This document shows, piece after piece, positions 19,472 through 28,880 of a stretch of DNA of 64,000 nt; within the stretch, counting starts at the first letter, position 1, and each line of letters begins with the position of its first letter. The translations under genes were made by a program, and so were the position numbers. The notes under the pieces were generated by a model. That model saw only the letters and a program-made list of their open reading frames with translations, made no database searches and was not told where the DNA came from. The stretch spans positions 2,016,001 to 2,080,000 of the forward strand of contig OY970192.1 of the NCBI GenBank assembly GCA_963708135.1. Reading direction: 5' to 3'. Source of the stretch: an uncultured Gemmatimonadales bacterium. Lineage in GTDB: Bacteria; Gemmatimonadota; Gemmatimonadetes; Longimicrobiales; RSA9.

Positions 19472-20851
19472 ATGTGTGGAATCGTTGGAGTCACCGGTCT
19501 CGAGCACGCCGCCGAGGTGGCGTTCCTCGGCCTCTACGCCCTTCAGCACCGCGGGCAGGAGGCGGCGGGGATCTGCGCCTTCGAGGACGGCACGGCGCGG
19601 TTGCACAAGGCGCGCGGCCTGGTGGTCGAGGGCTTCGACGACCAGGTCCTCTCGACGTTGCCCGGCCGCACCGCCCTCGGCCACACGCGCTACTCGACGG
19701 CGGGCGGCGAGGGGCTGGTGAACGCCCAGCCGATCGTGGTCCGCTACCACCACGGTGACCTCGCCCTGGTCCACAACGGCAACATCACGAACGCCCGCGT
19801 GCTGCGCGATGAGCTGGTCCGGGAGGGCGCGCTCTTCCAGGCGACCGTGGACTCCGAGGTCATCGTCCACCTGATCGCCCGTTCGCGCGAGGCAACGGTC
19901 GAGGCGCAGATCCGCGACGCTCTCTCCCGGCTGGTCGGCGCCTACTCCGTGCTCATCACCGTCGATGCGACGCTCTACGCCGCGCGCGACCCGTGGGGCT
20001 TCCGCCCGCTCGTCCTCGGACGCACCGACGATGGCGGCTGGGTGGCCGCCAGCGAGACCTGCGCGCTCGACCTCGTCCACGCCCGCTACGTCCGCGAGGT
20101 GCGCCCGGGCGAGATCGTCCGCATCCGCGACGGCGAGCTCGCCTCGCTCCCCGGCGCCGAGCCGGCCGAGCAGGCGCGGCCGTGCATCTTCGAGCTCATC
20201 TACTTCGCCCGCCCGGACTCGCGCGTCTGGGGCGAGAGCGTGGACCGCGCCCGCCGCGCCTTCGGCCGCCAGCTCGCCCGCGAGCACCCCGCGGACGCCG
20301 ACTGCGTCTTCAGCGTCCCCGACTCCTCCAATGCCGCCGCCCTCGGCTTCAGCGAGGAGAGCGGGATCCCGCTCGAGCTCGGCCTCATCCGCAACCACTA
20401 CGTCGGCCGCACCTTCATCCACCCGACCCAGGCCGGCCGCGACTTCCGCGTCCGCATCAAGTACAACCCCGTCCGCGAGGTCATCGACGGCAAGCGCGTC
20501 GTCGTCGTCGACGACTCGCTCGTCCGCGGCACCACCAGCCGCGGGCTCGTCTCCCTCATCCGCGAGGCCGGCGCCCGCGAGGTCCACCTGCGCGTGGCCA
20601 GCCCCCCGGTGAAATTCCCCTGCTACTACGGCATCGACATGCCCACCCGCGAGGAGCTGATCGGCGCCCAACTCTCCGTCGAGGAGATCCGCGAGCGCCT
20701 CGACGTGGACTCCCTCGGCTACCTCTCCCTCGACGGCATGGAGAGCGCCGTCGCCCGCGGCGGCTCCTTCTGCACCGCCTGCTTCTCCGGCACCTATTCC
20801 GCCCCTCTCGTCGACCTCGAGAACGGCTTCGCCGTCTCGTCGCACTGCTGA
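19472..20851 (+). CDS. purF: amidophosphoribosyltransferase
   Basis: MCGIVG N-terminal nucleophile, LQHRGQE, GHTRYST, CIFELIYFARPDS, VDDSLVRGTT, CYYGID, FCTACF. Confidence 0.97.
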   Translation: MCGIVGVTGLEHAAEVAFLGLYALQHRGQEAAGICAFEDGTARLHKARGLVVEGFDDQVLSTLPGRTALGHTRYSTAGGEGLVNAQPIVVRYHHGDLALVHNGNITNARVLRDELVREGALFQATVDSEVIVHLIARSREATVEAQIRDALSRLVGAYSVLITVDATLYAARDPWGFRPLVLGRTDDGGWVAASETCALDLVHARYVREVRPGEIVRIRDGELASLPGAEPAEQARPCIFELIYFARPDSRVWGESVDRARRAFGRQLAREHPADADCVFSVPDSSNAAALGFSEESGIPLELGLIRNHYVGRTFIHPTQAGRDFRVRIKYNPVREVIDGKRVVVVDDSLVRGTTSRGLVSLIREAGAREVHLRVASPPVKFPCYYGIDMPTREELIGAQLSVEEIRERLDVDSLGYLSLDGMESAVARGGSFCTACFSGTYSAPLVDLENGFAVSSHC

Positions 20852-20986
20852 CGTTTAGCGGGGCTGGAGGCTTCCCCGCGGCGCGCCTCTTGTATTCCTC
20901 CTCCGGCATCCTGGCCCGGTAAGGCGGCGTCCCCCGGGACGCCCTGGCCGAACGGGACGGATTGTCTCAGCCGGCGGAGCCGAGCG

Positions 20987-21493
20987 ATGCGCCGCTTCGC
21001 CCCATTCCCGGATCATGGGGGCGCGCCCGTGAAGCACCTGCACCTACCGCCCGAGCGACCGCGGCCGCGCGGGCTCCGCAGCGTGAACGAGCTGTTCGAG
21101 GAGCAGCTCACGGTCGGCCAGCGGCTGGCGGACCGCGTGGCCACCCTCATGGGCTCGTGGCGGTTCATCCTGATCCAGTCGCTGCTCCTGCTGATCTGGG
21201 TTATCCTCAACGTGACCGCCTGGGTTCGGCACTGGGACCCCTATCCGTTCATCCTCATGAACCTGGTGCTGTCGATGCAGGCGGCCTACACGGCGCCGGT
21301 GATCCTCATGAGCCAGAACCGGCTGGCGGCGCGCGATCGCCTGGAGGCGCACAACGACTTCGTGGTGAACCAGAAGGCGGAGGAGGAGATCCGCGCGATC
21401 ATCGGGCACCTGGAGGCCCAGGACCAGGCGCTCCTCGAGCTGGCGCGCGGGATGGTGGCGCTGCGGGAGAAGCTCGGCGTGGACGCGGAATGA
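20987..21493 (+). CDS. DUF1003-family membrane protein
   Basis: GQRLADRVATLMGSWRFI, WDPYPFILMNLVLSMQAAYTAPVILMSQNR; start may instead be GTG 21029. Confidence 0.85.
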   Translation: MRRFAPFPDHGGAPVKHLHLPPERPRPRGLRSVNELFEEQLTVGQRLADRVATLMGSWRFILIQSLLLLIWVILNVTAWVRHWDPYPFILMNLVLSMQAAYTAPVILMSQNRLAARDRLEAHNDFVVNQKAEEEIRAIIGHLEAQDQALLELARGMVALREKLGVDAE

Positions 21494-21600
21494 GGCCAGC
21501 CGGTCCGGGAGGCGGCCACGGGGTCGCGGGGCGTGCGGGCTGGCCCGGTTCTTGTGTCAGAAAACGGTAGCGACTCCGACCATCCAGGGCGGGAGAGACC

Positions 21601-24288
21601 ATGCCCGAACGACTCGTATTCTACTTCGGCCGCGACGGCGCCGACGGCAGCCGCGCGGACAAGCCGCTGCTGGGCGGCAAGGGCGCGAACCTGGCCGAGA
21701 TGACGCGCATCGGCGTACCGGTGCCGCCCGGCTTCACGATCACGACGGAGGTCTGCAACGCGTACCTCCGCAACGGCGAATACCCGGACGGGCTCCGGTC
21801 GGACGTCCAGGCGGCGCTCGAGCGGGTGGAGCAGGACACCGGCAAGCGGTTCGGCGGAACCGCGAATCCGCTGCTCGTGTCGGTGCGGAGCGGTGCGTTC
21901 GTGTCGATGCCGGGGATGATGGACACGATCCTGAACCTGGGGCTGAACGAGCGCACGGTGGCGGCCCTGGCCGCGGAGGCGGCGGACGAGCGCTTCGCGT
22001 ACGACTCGTTCCGGCGCTTCATCCAGATGTACGCCGACGTGGTGCTCTCGGTCCGCTCTCCAAAGTTCGAGGCTCTGCTGGAGCGGAAGCGCTCCGAGGC
22101 GGGCGTGGAGAGCGATCACGAGCTGACGGCGGAGGCGCTGAAGGCCCTCGTGGCCGAGTACAAGGAGCTGGTCCGGCAGGCCACGGGACGGGAGTTTCCC
22201 GAGGACCCGGAGGCGCAGCTCTGGGGGGCCATCGAGGCGGTGTTTCGCTCGTGGCACAACGAGCGCGCGATCGCCTACCGGCGCGTCAACGGCATATCGG
22301 AGGAGCTGGGCACGGCCGTCAACGTCGTGTCCATGGTCTACGGCAACATGGGCGACGACTCGGGCACGGGGGTGGCGTTCACCCGCGATCCGTCCACGGG
22401 CGAGCCCCGCTTCTTCGGCGAGTTCCTGGTGAACGCGCAGGGTGAGGACGTGGTGGCGGGGATCCGCAACCCGCTTTCGATCGAGCAGATGGCCGACCGG
22501 CTGCCGGGCGCGTACCGCGAGCTGCTGGAGGTCCAGAAGAAGCTGGAGCGCCATTACCGAGAGATGCAGGACATCGAGTTCACGGTCGAGAAGGGCCGCC
22601 TGTACCTGCTGCAGACGCGCACCGGAAAGCGGACCGCGGCGGCGGCCGTTCGCGTCGCCGTGGACATGGTGGACGAGGGGCTGATCGACGAGACCGAGGC
22701 GGTGATGCGGGTCGATCCGGCCGCGCTGAACCAGGCGCTTCACCCGCGGCTGGACCCGTCGGCACAGGTCGACCTCCTCGCCCGGGGGCTGCCGGCCTCG
22801 CCGGGCGCCGCGGCGGGACGCGTCGTCTTCGACCCCGACACGGCCGGCGAGTGGGCCGAGCGCGGCGAGCCCGTCATCCTGGTCCGGCGCGAGACCTCGC
22901 CCGAGGACTTCCAGGGGATGGTGGCCGCGCGGGCCATCGTGACCTGCCGCGGCGGCATGACTTCCCACGCGGCCGTCGTGGCCCGCGGGATGGGCAAATG
23001 CTGCGTCGTGGGCGCGCACGACCTCGGCTGTGACGAGGCGGAGGGCCTCCTCACCGCTGGCGGCCATACCGTTCGCCAGGGCGAGTGGATCACGGTCGAT
23101 GGCACGACCGGCAGGATCCTGCTCGGCAAGGTGCCGACCGTGGAGCCCGAGCTCTCCGAGCACTTCCACCGCCTCCTGAAGTGGGCGGACGGGCTGCGCC
23201 GGCTGGGCGTCCGTACCAACGCCGACACGCCCGCCGACGCCGCCCGCGCGCGCGAGCTTGGCGCCGAGGGGATCGGCCTCTGCCGCACCGAACACATGTT
23301 CTTCGAGGGCGAGCGCATCACCGCCATGCGCGAGATGATCCTCGCCCGCGGCGAGGAGGAGCGGCGGGACGCGCTCGCGCGCATCCTGCCCATGCAGCGC
23401 GACGACTTCAAGGGCATCTTCGCGGCCATGGACGGCCTGCCGGTCACGATCCGGCTGCTCGACCCGCCGCTGCACGAGTTCCTGCCCCGGACCGAGGCCG
23501 AGATCCAGAGCTTCGCCTCCGCCACCGGGATCGACGCCGACGAGGTCCGCCGCGCCGTCGAGCGCCACCGCGAGGCGAATCCGATGCTCGGCCACCGCGG
23601 CTGCCGCATCGGCATCAGCTACCCGGAGATCACCGAGATGCAGGTGCGGGCGATCTTCGAGGCCGCGGTCGATGCGCAGGCCGAGGGCATCACGGTGCGC
23701 CCGGAGGTCATGGTGCCGCTCGTCTCCGACGTCCGCGAGCTGCGTCGCCAGAAGCAGCTCATCCGCCGCGTAGCGGACGACGTCGCGCGCGAGCGGGGGG
23801 TCGAGATCCCCTACCTCGTGGGGACCATGATCGAGCTGCCCCGCGCCGCCCTCACCGCAGCCGCGATTGCCGGCGAGGCGGAGTTCTTCTCCTTCGGCAC
23901 AAACGACCTCACCCAGACCACCTTCGGCCTCTCACGCGACGACGCCGGCTCCTTCCTGCCCCGCTACGTCGAGGAGGGCATCTTCTCCGACGACCCCTTC
24001 CAGGTCCTCGACCGCCAGGGCGTCGGCACCCTCATCGAGATGGCCACCCGCGCCGGCCGGGAGGCACGACCCGGTCTCAAGGTCGGAATCTGCGGCGAGC
24101 ATGGCGGCGAGCCCCGCTCCGTCCAGTTCTTCGACTCCGTCGGGCTCGACTACGTCTCCTGCTCCCCCTTCCGCGTCCCCGTCGCGCGGCTCGCCGCCGC
24201 GCACGCCGCCGTCGAGGCCGCCCGCAAGTCGCCGCCCGCCCCGCCCACCCCCGGCACAGGGAGGCCCGTGGCCAACGCCGCCGACTGA
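21601..24288 (+). CDS. ppdK: pyruvate, phosphate dikinase
   Basis: LGGKGANLAEM, VRSGAFVSMPGMMDT, GGMTSHAAVVARG, GLCRTEHMF, SFGTNDLTQ, GICGEHGG. Confidence 0.97.
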   Translation: MPERLVFYFGRDGADGSRADKPLLGGKGANLAEMTRIGVPVPPGFTITTEVCNAYLRNGEYPDGLRSDVQAALERVEQDTGKRFGGTANPLLVSVRSGAFVSMPGMMDTILNLGLNERTVAALAAEAADERFAYDSFRRFIQMYADVVLSVRSPKFEALLERKRSEAGVESDHELTAEALKALVAEYKELVRQATGREFPEDPEAQLWGAIEAVFRSWHNERAIAYRRVNGISEELGTAVNVVSMVYGNMGDDSGTGVAFTRDPSTGEPRFFGEFLVNAQGEDVVAGIRNPLSIEQMADRLPGAYRELLEVQKKLERHYREMQDIEFTVEKGRLYLLQTRTGKRTAAAAVRVAVDMVDEGLIDETEAVMRVDPAALNQALHPRLDPSAQVDLLARGLPASPGAAAGRVVFDPDTAGEWAERGEPVILVRRETSPEDFQGMVAARAIVTCRGGMTSHAAVVARGMGKCCVVGAHDLGCDEAEGLLTAGGHTVRQGEWITVDGTTGRILLGKVPTVEPELSEHFHRLLKWADGLRRLGVRTNADTPADAARARELGAEGIGLCRTEHMFFEGERITAMREMILARGEEERRDALARILPMQRDDFKGIFAAMDGLPVTIRLLDPPLHEFLPRTEAEIQSFASATGIDADEVRRAVERHREANPMLGHRGCRIGISYPEITEMQVRAIFEAAVDAQAEGITVRPEVMVPLVSDVRELRRQKQLIRRVADDVARERGVEIPYLVGTMIELPRAALTAAAIAGEAEFFSFGTNDLTQTTFGLSRDDAGSFLPRYVEEGIFSDDPFQVLDRQGVGTLIEMATRAGREARPGLKVGICGEHGGEPRSVQFFDSVGLDYVSCSPFRVPVARLAAAHAAVEAARKSPPAPPTPGTGRPVANAAD

Positions 24289-24366
24289 GGCGCGATGGGC
24301 GCCGCCCCGGCGGCGCAAACTCGCAACGGCGGGTGGGGGACCTGCAACCTACGAGCTCGCATTCGG

Positions 24367-24395
24367 TTGCCGGCACAGCGTTCCCCGCCTAGATT
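24367..24395 (+). promoter_or_regulatory. promoter of nucleotidase-add, probably giving a leaderless mRNA
   Basis: TTGCCG-17 bp-TAGATT, then 6 nt, then ATG 24402; no Shine-Dalgarno sequence. Confidence 0.55.
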
Positions 24396-24401
24396 TCGTC
24401 C

Positions 24402-27400
24402 ATGAAACACCCGGTTGAGAAATCAGGAACTGGCCCGCTCCGAGCGGCCGCGTCGCGGCCGCTCGCGCGCATCATCCCCCTGCTCCTGCTCGCCACGGCC
24501 ACCTGCGCGCGGCCTGCGCCGCGCTCCGTGCCGGCGCCGGGCGGCATTTCCGGGTCGGCCGAGCTCGTGCTGCTCGGCACGACGGACGTCCACGCCCACC
24601 TCTATCCCTACGACTACTACACGGGCCGGCCGACGGACCGAGGGCTGGCGCTGCTCGCGCCGCTGATCGACAGCGTGCGCGCGGCGCACCCCGGGGACGC
24701 GTACCTTTTCGACTCCGGCGACCTGCTCGAGGGGACGCCGCTCGCCTTCGTGTACGCGCGGCTGCACCCGGAGCAGCCGAGCCCGGTCATCCGGGCCATG
24801 AACCTCCTTCGCTACGACGCCTCGGGGGTCGGCAACCACGAGTACAACTACGGGCTCGAGACGCTGGACCGGGCGGTGGCGGAGTCGCGCTTCCCGTTCG
24901 TTTCGGCGAACGTTTTCCGGCACGGCACGGACCAGCACGCGTACCGGCCCTACGTGCTGATCCCGCACGTGGTCGCGCCGGGGGATACGATCCTGATCGG
25001 CGTGACAGGCAACACGCCGCCCGGCGTCGCGCTGTGGGACCAGGCGCATGTGCGGGGGAGGCTGGACTTCCGGGACGTGGTGGCGTCGCTCCGGCCGGTC
25101 GTGGCGGAGATGAAACGGCGGGGAGCCGACGTTGTGGTAGTGCTGTCCCACGGCGGCCTGGACGGCACGAGCTACGACACGCTGGCCACCGGCGTGCCGC
25201 CGGAAAACGAGTCGCTGCGGGTGGCGCGGGAGATCCCCGGCGTGGACGTGATCTTCATGGGGCACACGCATCGCGAGCTGGCGGACAGCGTGGTGAACGG
25301 CGTGCTGCTGACGCAGGCGAAGAACTGGGCGAGGAGCGTCTCGGTGGTGGACCTCCGGCTGCGGCGGCAGGCGGCCGGCCGGTGGAGCGTGGCGTCGAAG
25401 CACGCGACGCTGCTCGAGGCGGATCCGTCGCGCGTGGACAGCGCCTTTCTCGACTCGCTGCGCTGGGAGCACGAGCGGACCGTGGCCTACGTGCGCTCCG
25501 TGATCGGCCGCTCGACGGAGCGTATGGAGGCCGCCCGGGCCCGGGTCGAGGACACGCCGATCCTGGACTTCGTGAACGAGGTGCAGCGGGAGGCCGCGGG
25601 CGCGGACCTCTCCGCCACGGCGGCCTTCTCGACCAGCGCGGCGATCCCGAAGGGGCCGATCACGGTGGCGGCCATCGCCGGGCTCTACACCTACGACAAC
25701 ACGCTCAGGGCGGTGCGGATCACGGGCGCGGAGCTGCGCGCCTACCTGGAGAAGTCGGCGGAGTACTATACCGGCTGGCCGGCGCCGGCGGGCGGGAGCG
25801 TGACGGACCCGAAGGTGCCGGGCTACAACTTCGACGTGGTCAGCGGCGTGGATTATACGATCGACCTGTCGAAGCCGGTGGGGTCGCGGATCACGGAGCT
25901 CCGCTGGCACGGCGCGCCGGTGCGCCTGGACCAGACCTTCACGCTGGCGCTGAACAATTACCGTCAGACGGGCGGTGGCGGGTTCACCATGCTGGCGGAC
26001 GCGCCCGTAGTGTACGACCGGCAGGAGGACATCCGCGACCTGCTCATCGCGTACGTGAGGCGGCACGGCACGATCCGGCCGGAGGACTTCTTCCACCGTA
26101 GCTGGCGCGTCGTGCCCGCGCAGGCGGCCGAGGCCGCGGCGCGGGAGCAGCGGCCGCGGGAGACGGCGCAGGCGACGTCGCCTTCCACGGTCCCGGCGAC
26201 CGTCCGGCTGCGCGTCCTGGCCACCTCCGACCTTCACGGCCACCTCCTCCCGGAGACGCCCCCGTGGGCGCATGGCCGGGTAGTGGGAGGCGCCGCCGCG
26301 CTGGCCGGCTACTTCGAGGCCGAGCGCGAGGGCTTCGGCGGGCCGACGCTGCTCGTGGATGCCGGCGACCTCATGCAGGGCACCCCGATCTCCAACCTCA
26401 CGGCCGGACGTGCCGCGATCGCCTTCTACGACCGGGCCGGGTACGGCGCGGCGGCCATCGGCAACCACGAGTACGACTGGGGCACCGCCGTGCTGCGGGA
26501 CCGGCTGCGGCAGGCGGACTTCCCGTGGCTCGCGGCCAACGAGTTCGTGGCCGGCACCGACACGGCGCCCTCCTGGGTGAAGCCGACGGCGCTGCTGGAC
26601 GTGGACGGCGTGAAGGTCGGCGTCATCGGCCTCGCGACCGAAGCGACGCCGACGACGACGCGCGCCGAGAACGTGCGAGGCCTCGAGTTCCGGAGCGGCG
26701 CGGCCGCCATCGACCGCTGGGTCCCCGAGCTGCGCCGGGCGGGGGCCCGGTTCGTCGTCGTCCTCGCGCACAGCGGCGCCATCTGCCGGGCCCACGCGAG
26801 CTGCGAGGGCGAGGTCCTCGACTGGGCCCGCGCCGCTCACGCACGCCCCGACCTCCTCGTGGCCGGGCACACCCACCAGGTGCTGGGAACGGGCGTGAAC
26901 GGCATCCCGATCGTGGAGCCCGGGTCCTACGGCCAGGAGTACGCCGTCGTCGATCTCTCGCGCGACGGCGCCGGCGCGGTCCACGCCCGGGTGCGTGGCA
27001 TCCCCACGACCTTCGACGACCGCGTGGCGCCGGACACCGCCGTGGCCGCGCTGGTCGCGCGCTACGCCGCCGAAATCGGTCCGCGCGTGGCCACCGTCGA
27101 GGCGCGCCTGGCGGAGCCGCTCCGCCGCACCGGCGGCGACTATCCGCTCGGCCGCCTGATCGCGGACGCGCAGCGCTGGGCCGCCGGCGCGCAGACCGCA
27201 ATCATGAACGACGGCGGCATCCGCCGCGACCTGGACGCCGGCCCCCTCACCTGGGGCACGCTCTACGAGCTGCAGCCGTTCCAGAACCGGCTGGTCCGAC
27301 TCACCCTGACCGGCGCCCGCCTGCGCGCCGCGGTCGAGCACGCGGTCGGCGGCCGGCAGCCGGACGCCAACGTGAGCGGGCTCCTGGCCGTCTACGACCC

Positions 27401-27704
27401 CGCCGCTCCCCCCGGCCGCCGTGTGCTCACGCTGACGCTGGAGAGCGGCGAACCGGTTCGGGACGACGCGCTCTACACCGTCGCCGTGACGGACTTCCTG
27501 GCCGACGGCGGCGACGGCTTCGACGCGCTCTCGGGACCGGTCTCCCGCGAGGACACGGGCGTCGTCGATCTCGATGCCCTCATCCACTACCTGAAGGGAC
27601 TGCCGCAACCGGTCGAGGCGCCGGACGCGCCGCGGCTGCGCTCGGCGGCGCCGCCCGCCGCCGCGGCCCCGGCCGATCGGCGCGGCGCACGACAGCGGAG
27701 CTGA
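24402..27704 (+). CDS. exported multifunctional 2',3'-cyclic-nucleotide phosphodiesterase/5'-nucleotidase (tandem CpdB-like and UshA-like modules)
   Basis: module 1: TTDVH...YDYY, DSGD, GNHEYNYG, GHTH, YTYDNTL, YNFD; module 2: TSDLHG, DAGD, GNHEYDWG, GHTH, NDGGIR, QPFQN, FLADGGDG; hydrophobic signal ending ATATC. Confidence 0.9.
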   Translation: MKHPVEKSGTGPLRAAASRPLARIIPLLLLATATCARPAPRSVPAPGGISGSAELVLLGTTDVHAHLYPYDYYTGRPTDRGLALLAPLIDSVRAAHPGDAYLFDSGDLLEGTPLAFVYARLHPEQPSPVIRAMNLLRYDASGVGNHEYNYGLETLDRAVAESRFPFVSANVFRHGTDQHAYRPYVLIPHVVAPGDTILIGVTGNTPPGVALWDQAHVRGRLDFRDVVASLRPVVAEMKRRGADVVVVLSHGGLDGTSYDTLATGVPPENESLRVAREIPGVDVIFMGHTHRELADSVVNGVLLTQAKNWARSVSVVDLRLRRQAAGRWSVASKHATLLEADPSRVDSAFLDSLRWEHERTVAYVRSVIGRSTERMEAARARVEDTPILDFVNEVQREAAGADLSATAAFSTSAAIPKGPITVAAIAGLYTYDNTLRAVRITGAELRAYLEKSAEYYTGWPAPAGGSVTDPKVPGYNFDVVSGVDYTIDLSKPVGSRITELRWHGAPVRLDQTFTLALNNYRQTGGGGFTMLADAPVVYDRQEDIRDLLIAYVRRHGTIRPEDFFHRSWRVVPAQAAEAAAREQRPRETAQATSPSTVPATVRLRVLATSDLHGHLLPETPPWAHGRVVGGAAALAGYFEAEREGFGGPTLLVDAGDLMQGTPISNLTAGRAAIAFYDRAGYGAAAIGNHEYDWGTAVLRDRLRQADFPWLAANEFVAGTDTAPSWVKPTALLDVDGVKVGVIGLATEATPTTTRAENVRGLEFRSGAAAIDRWVPELRRAGARFVVVLAHSGAICRAHASCEGEVLDWARAAHARPDLLVAGHTHQVLGTGVNGIPIVEPGSYGQEYAVVDLSRDGAGAVHARVRGIPTTFDDRVAPDTAVAALVARYAAEIGPRVATVEARLAEPLRRTGGDYPLGRLIADAQRWAAGAQTAIMNDGGIRRDLDAGPLTWGTLYELQPFQNRLVRLTLTGARLRAAVEHAVGGRQPDANVSGLLAVYDPAAPPGRRVLTLTLESGEPVRDDALYTVAVTDFLADGGDGFDALSGPVSREDTGVVDLDALIHYLKGLPQPVEAPDAPRLRSAAPPAAAAPADRRGARQRS

Positions 27705-27705
27705 C

Positions 27706-28761
27706 ATGCCGATCGAGCCTAACCGCGAGCTGCTTCGGCGGCTCCCAAAGACGGACCTGCACGTGCACCTGGATGGCAGCGTGCGCCCGGAGACGATGGT
27801 CGAGCTGGCGCGTGCGGCCGGCCGCGAGCTGCCGCGCTGGGATCCCGCCGAGCTGCGCGAGCACATGCATGTGAAGGAGGCCACCAATCTCGTCGAGTAC
27901 CTCGAGCGCTTCGACACCACCCTCGCCGTCATGCAGAGCGCCAATGCGCTCGAGCGGATCGCCTACGAGCTCGCCGAGGACGCCTGGAGCGAGAACGTCC
28001 GCTACATGGAGGTCCGCTACTCGCCGGTGCTGAACATCCAGGAGGGGCTGAGCCTCGAGGAGGCCGTCGAGGCGCCGCTGCGTGGCCTCCGCCGCGCGGA
28101 GAGGGACCTCGGCATCCGCACCGGCGTCATCATCTGCGGGCTCCGCAACATGAGCCCGAACACCTCCATGGACCTCGCCGAGCTCACCGTCGCCTTCAAG
28201 GATCGCGGCATCGTCGCTTTCGATCTCGCCGGCGCGGAGTACAACTACCCGGCCAAGAAGCACCGCGAGGCCTTCTACGCCGTCGTGAACGCCAACATCG
28301 CCGCCACCATCCACGCCGGCGAGGCGTACGGCCCGGAGTCGATCCACCAGGCGCTCCACTACTGCAACGCGAACCGCATCGGCCACGGCACCCGGCTCTT
28401 CGAGGACCCGGACCTCATGAAGTACGTGAACGACTTCCGCATCCCGCTCGAGATCTGCCTCACCTCGAACGTGCAGACCCGCGCCGTTCCTTCCTTCGAG
28501 GACCACCCGCTGCGCCTCTACTTCGACGAGGGGCTCGTCGTCACGCTCAACACCGACAATCGCCTGATGAGCGCGACCACCGTGACCGAGGAGTACTGGC
28601 GCGCCCACGAGCACCTCGGCTTCACGTGGGCCGAGCTCACGCGCGTCGCGCTCATGGGCTTCGAGAGCGCGTTCCTGCCCTACCGCGAGAAGGCGACGCT
28701 GCTAAGGGAGGTCGGGGCGGAAATCGCGGTGCTGGACGCGGAGGCGCTCGGCGCGAGTTAG
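27706..28761 (+). CDS. add: adenosine deaminase
   Basis: PKTDLHVHLDGS, FDLAGAE, HAGEAYG, RIGHG, EICLTSN, NTDN. Confidence 0.94.
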   Translation: MPIEPNRELLRRLPKTDLHVHLDGSVRPETMVELARAAGRELPRWDPAELREHMHVKEATNLVEYLERFDTTLAVMQSANALERIAYELAEDAWSENVRYMEVRYSPVLNIQEGLSLEEAVEAPLRGLRRAERDLGIRTGVIICGLRNMSPNTSMDLAELTVAFKDRGIVAFDLAGAEYNYPAKKHREAFYAVVNANIAATIHAGEAYGPESIHQALHYCNANRIGHGTRLFEDPDLMKYVNDFRIPLEICLTSNVQTRAVPSFEDHPLRLYFDEGLVVTLNTDNRLMSATTVTEEYWRAHEHLGFTWAELTRVALMGFESAFLPYREKATLLREVGAEIAVLDAEALGAS

Positions 28762-28824
28762 CTTCGGTGGGGACCGGCTCGGAGCCGCGCCGGGGCAGGA
28801 CGACAAGGACGACGGCGATGGAAA

Positions 28825-28856
28825 GAGGGGGGCCGCTCTCGCGAGCAGTCCCCCTC
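28825..28856. terminator. probable bidirectional intrinsic terminator
   Basis: GAGGGGGGCCGCTC-TCGC-GAGCAGTCCCCCTC hairpin between convergent add and the TonB receptor gene; short T runs on both strands. Confidence 0.6.
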
Positions 28857-28880
28857 ATCCTTTGGCGACTCAGCCGACGA

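Noticed and set aside
24300..24375. c-di-GMP-I (GEMM) riboswitch upstream of the phosphodiesterase
   Set aside because: GCAAAC and GGTTGCC fragments are present, but the GAAA-loop stem and receptor stem cannot be built, and the region lies upstream of or within the predicted promoter.
24423..27944. Very long antisense or alternate-frame ORFs (for example 24423-27944, 16818-19442, 48081-51380, 52405-55032)
   Set aside because: These are shadow frames of well-supported genes. They are Arg/Pro/Ala-rich, lack motifs, and are expected where stop codons are rare in high-GC DNA.
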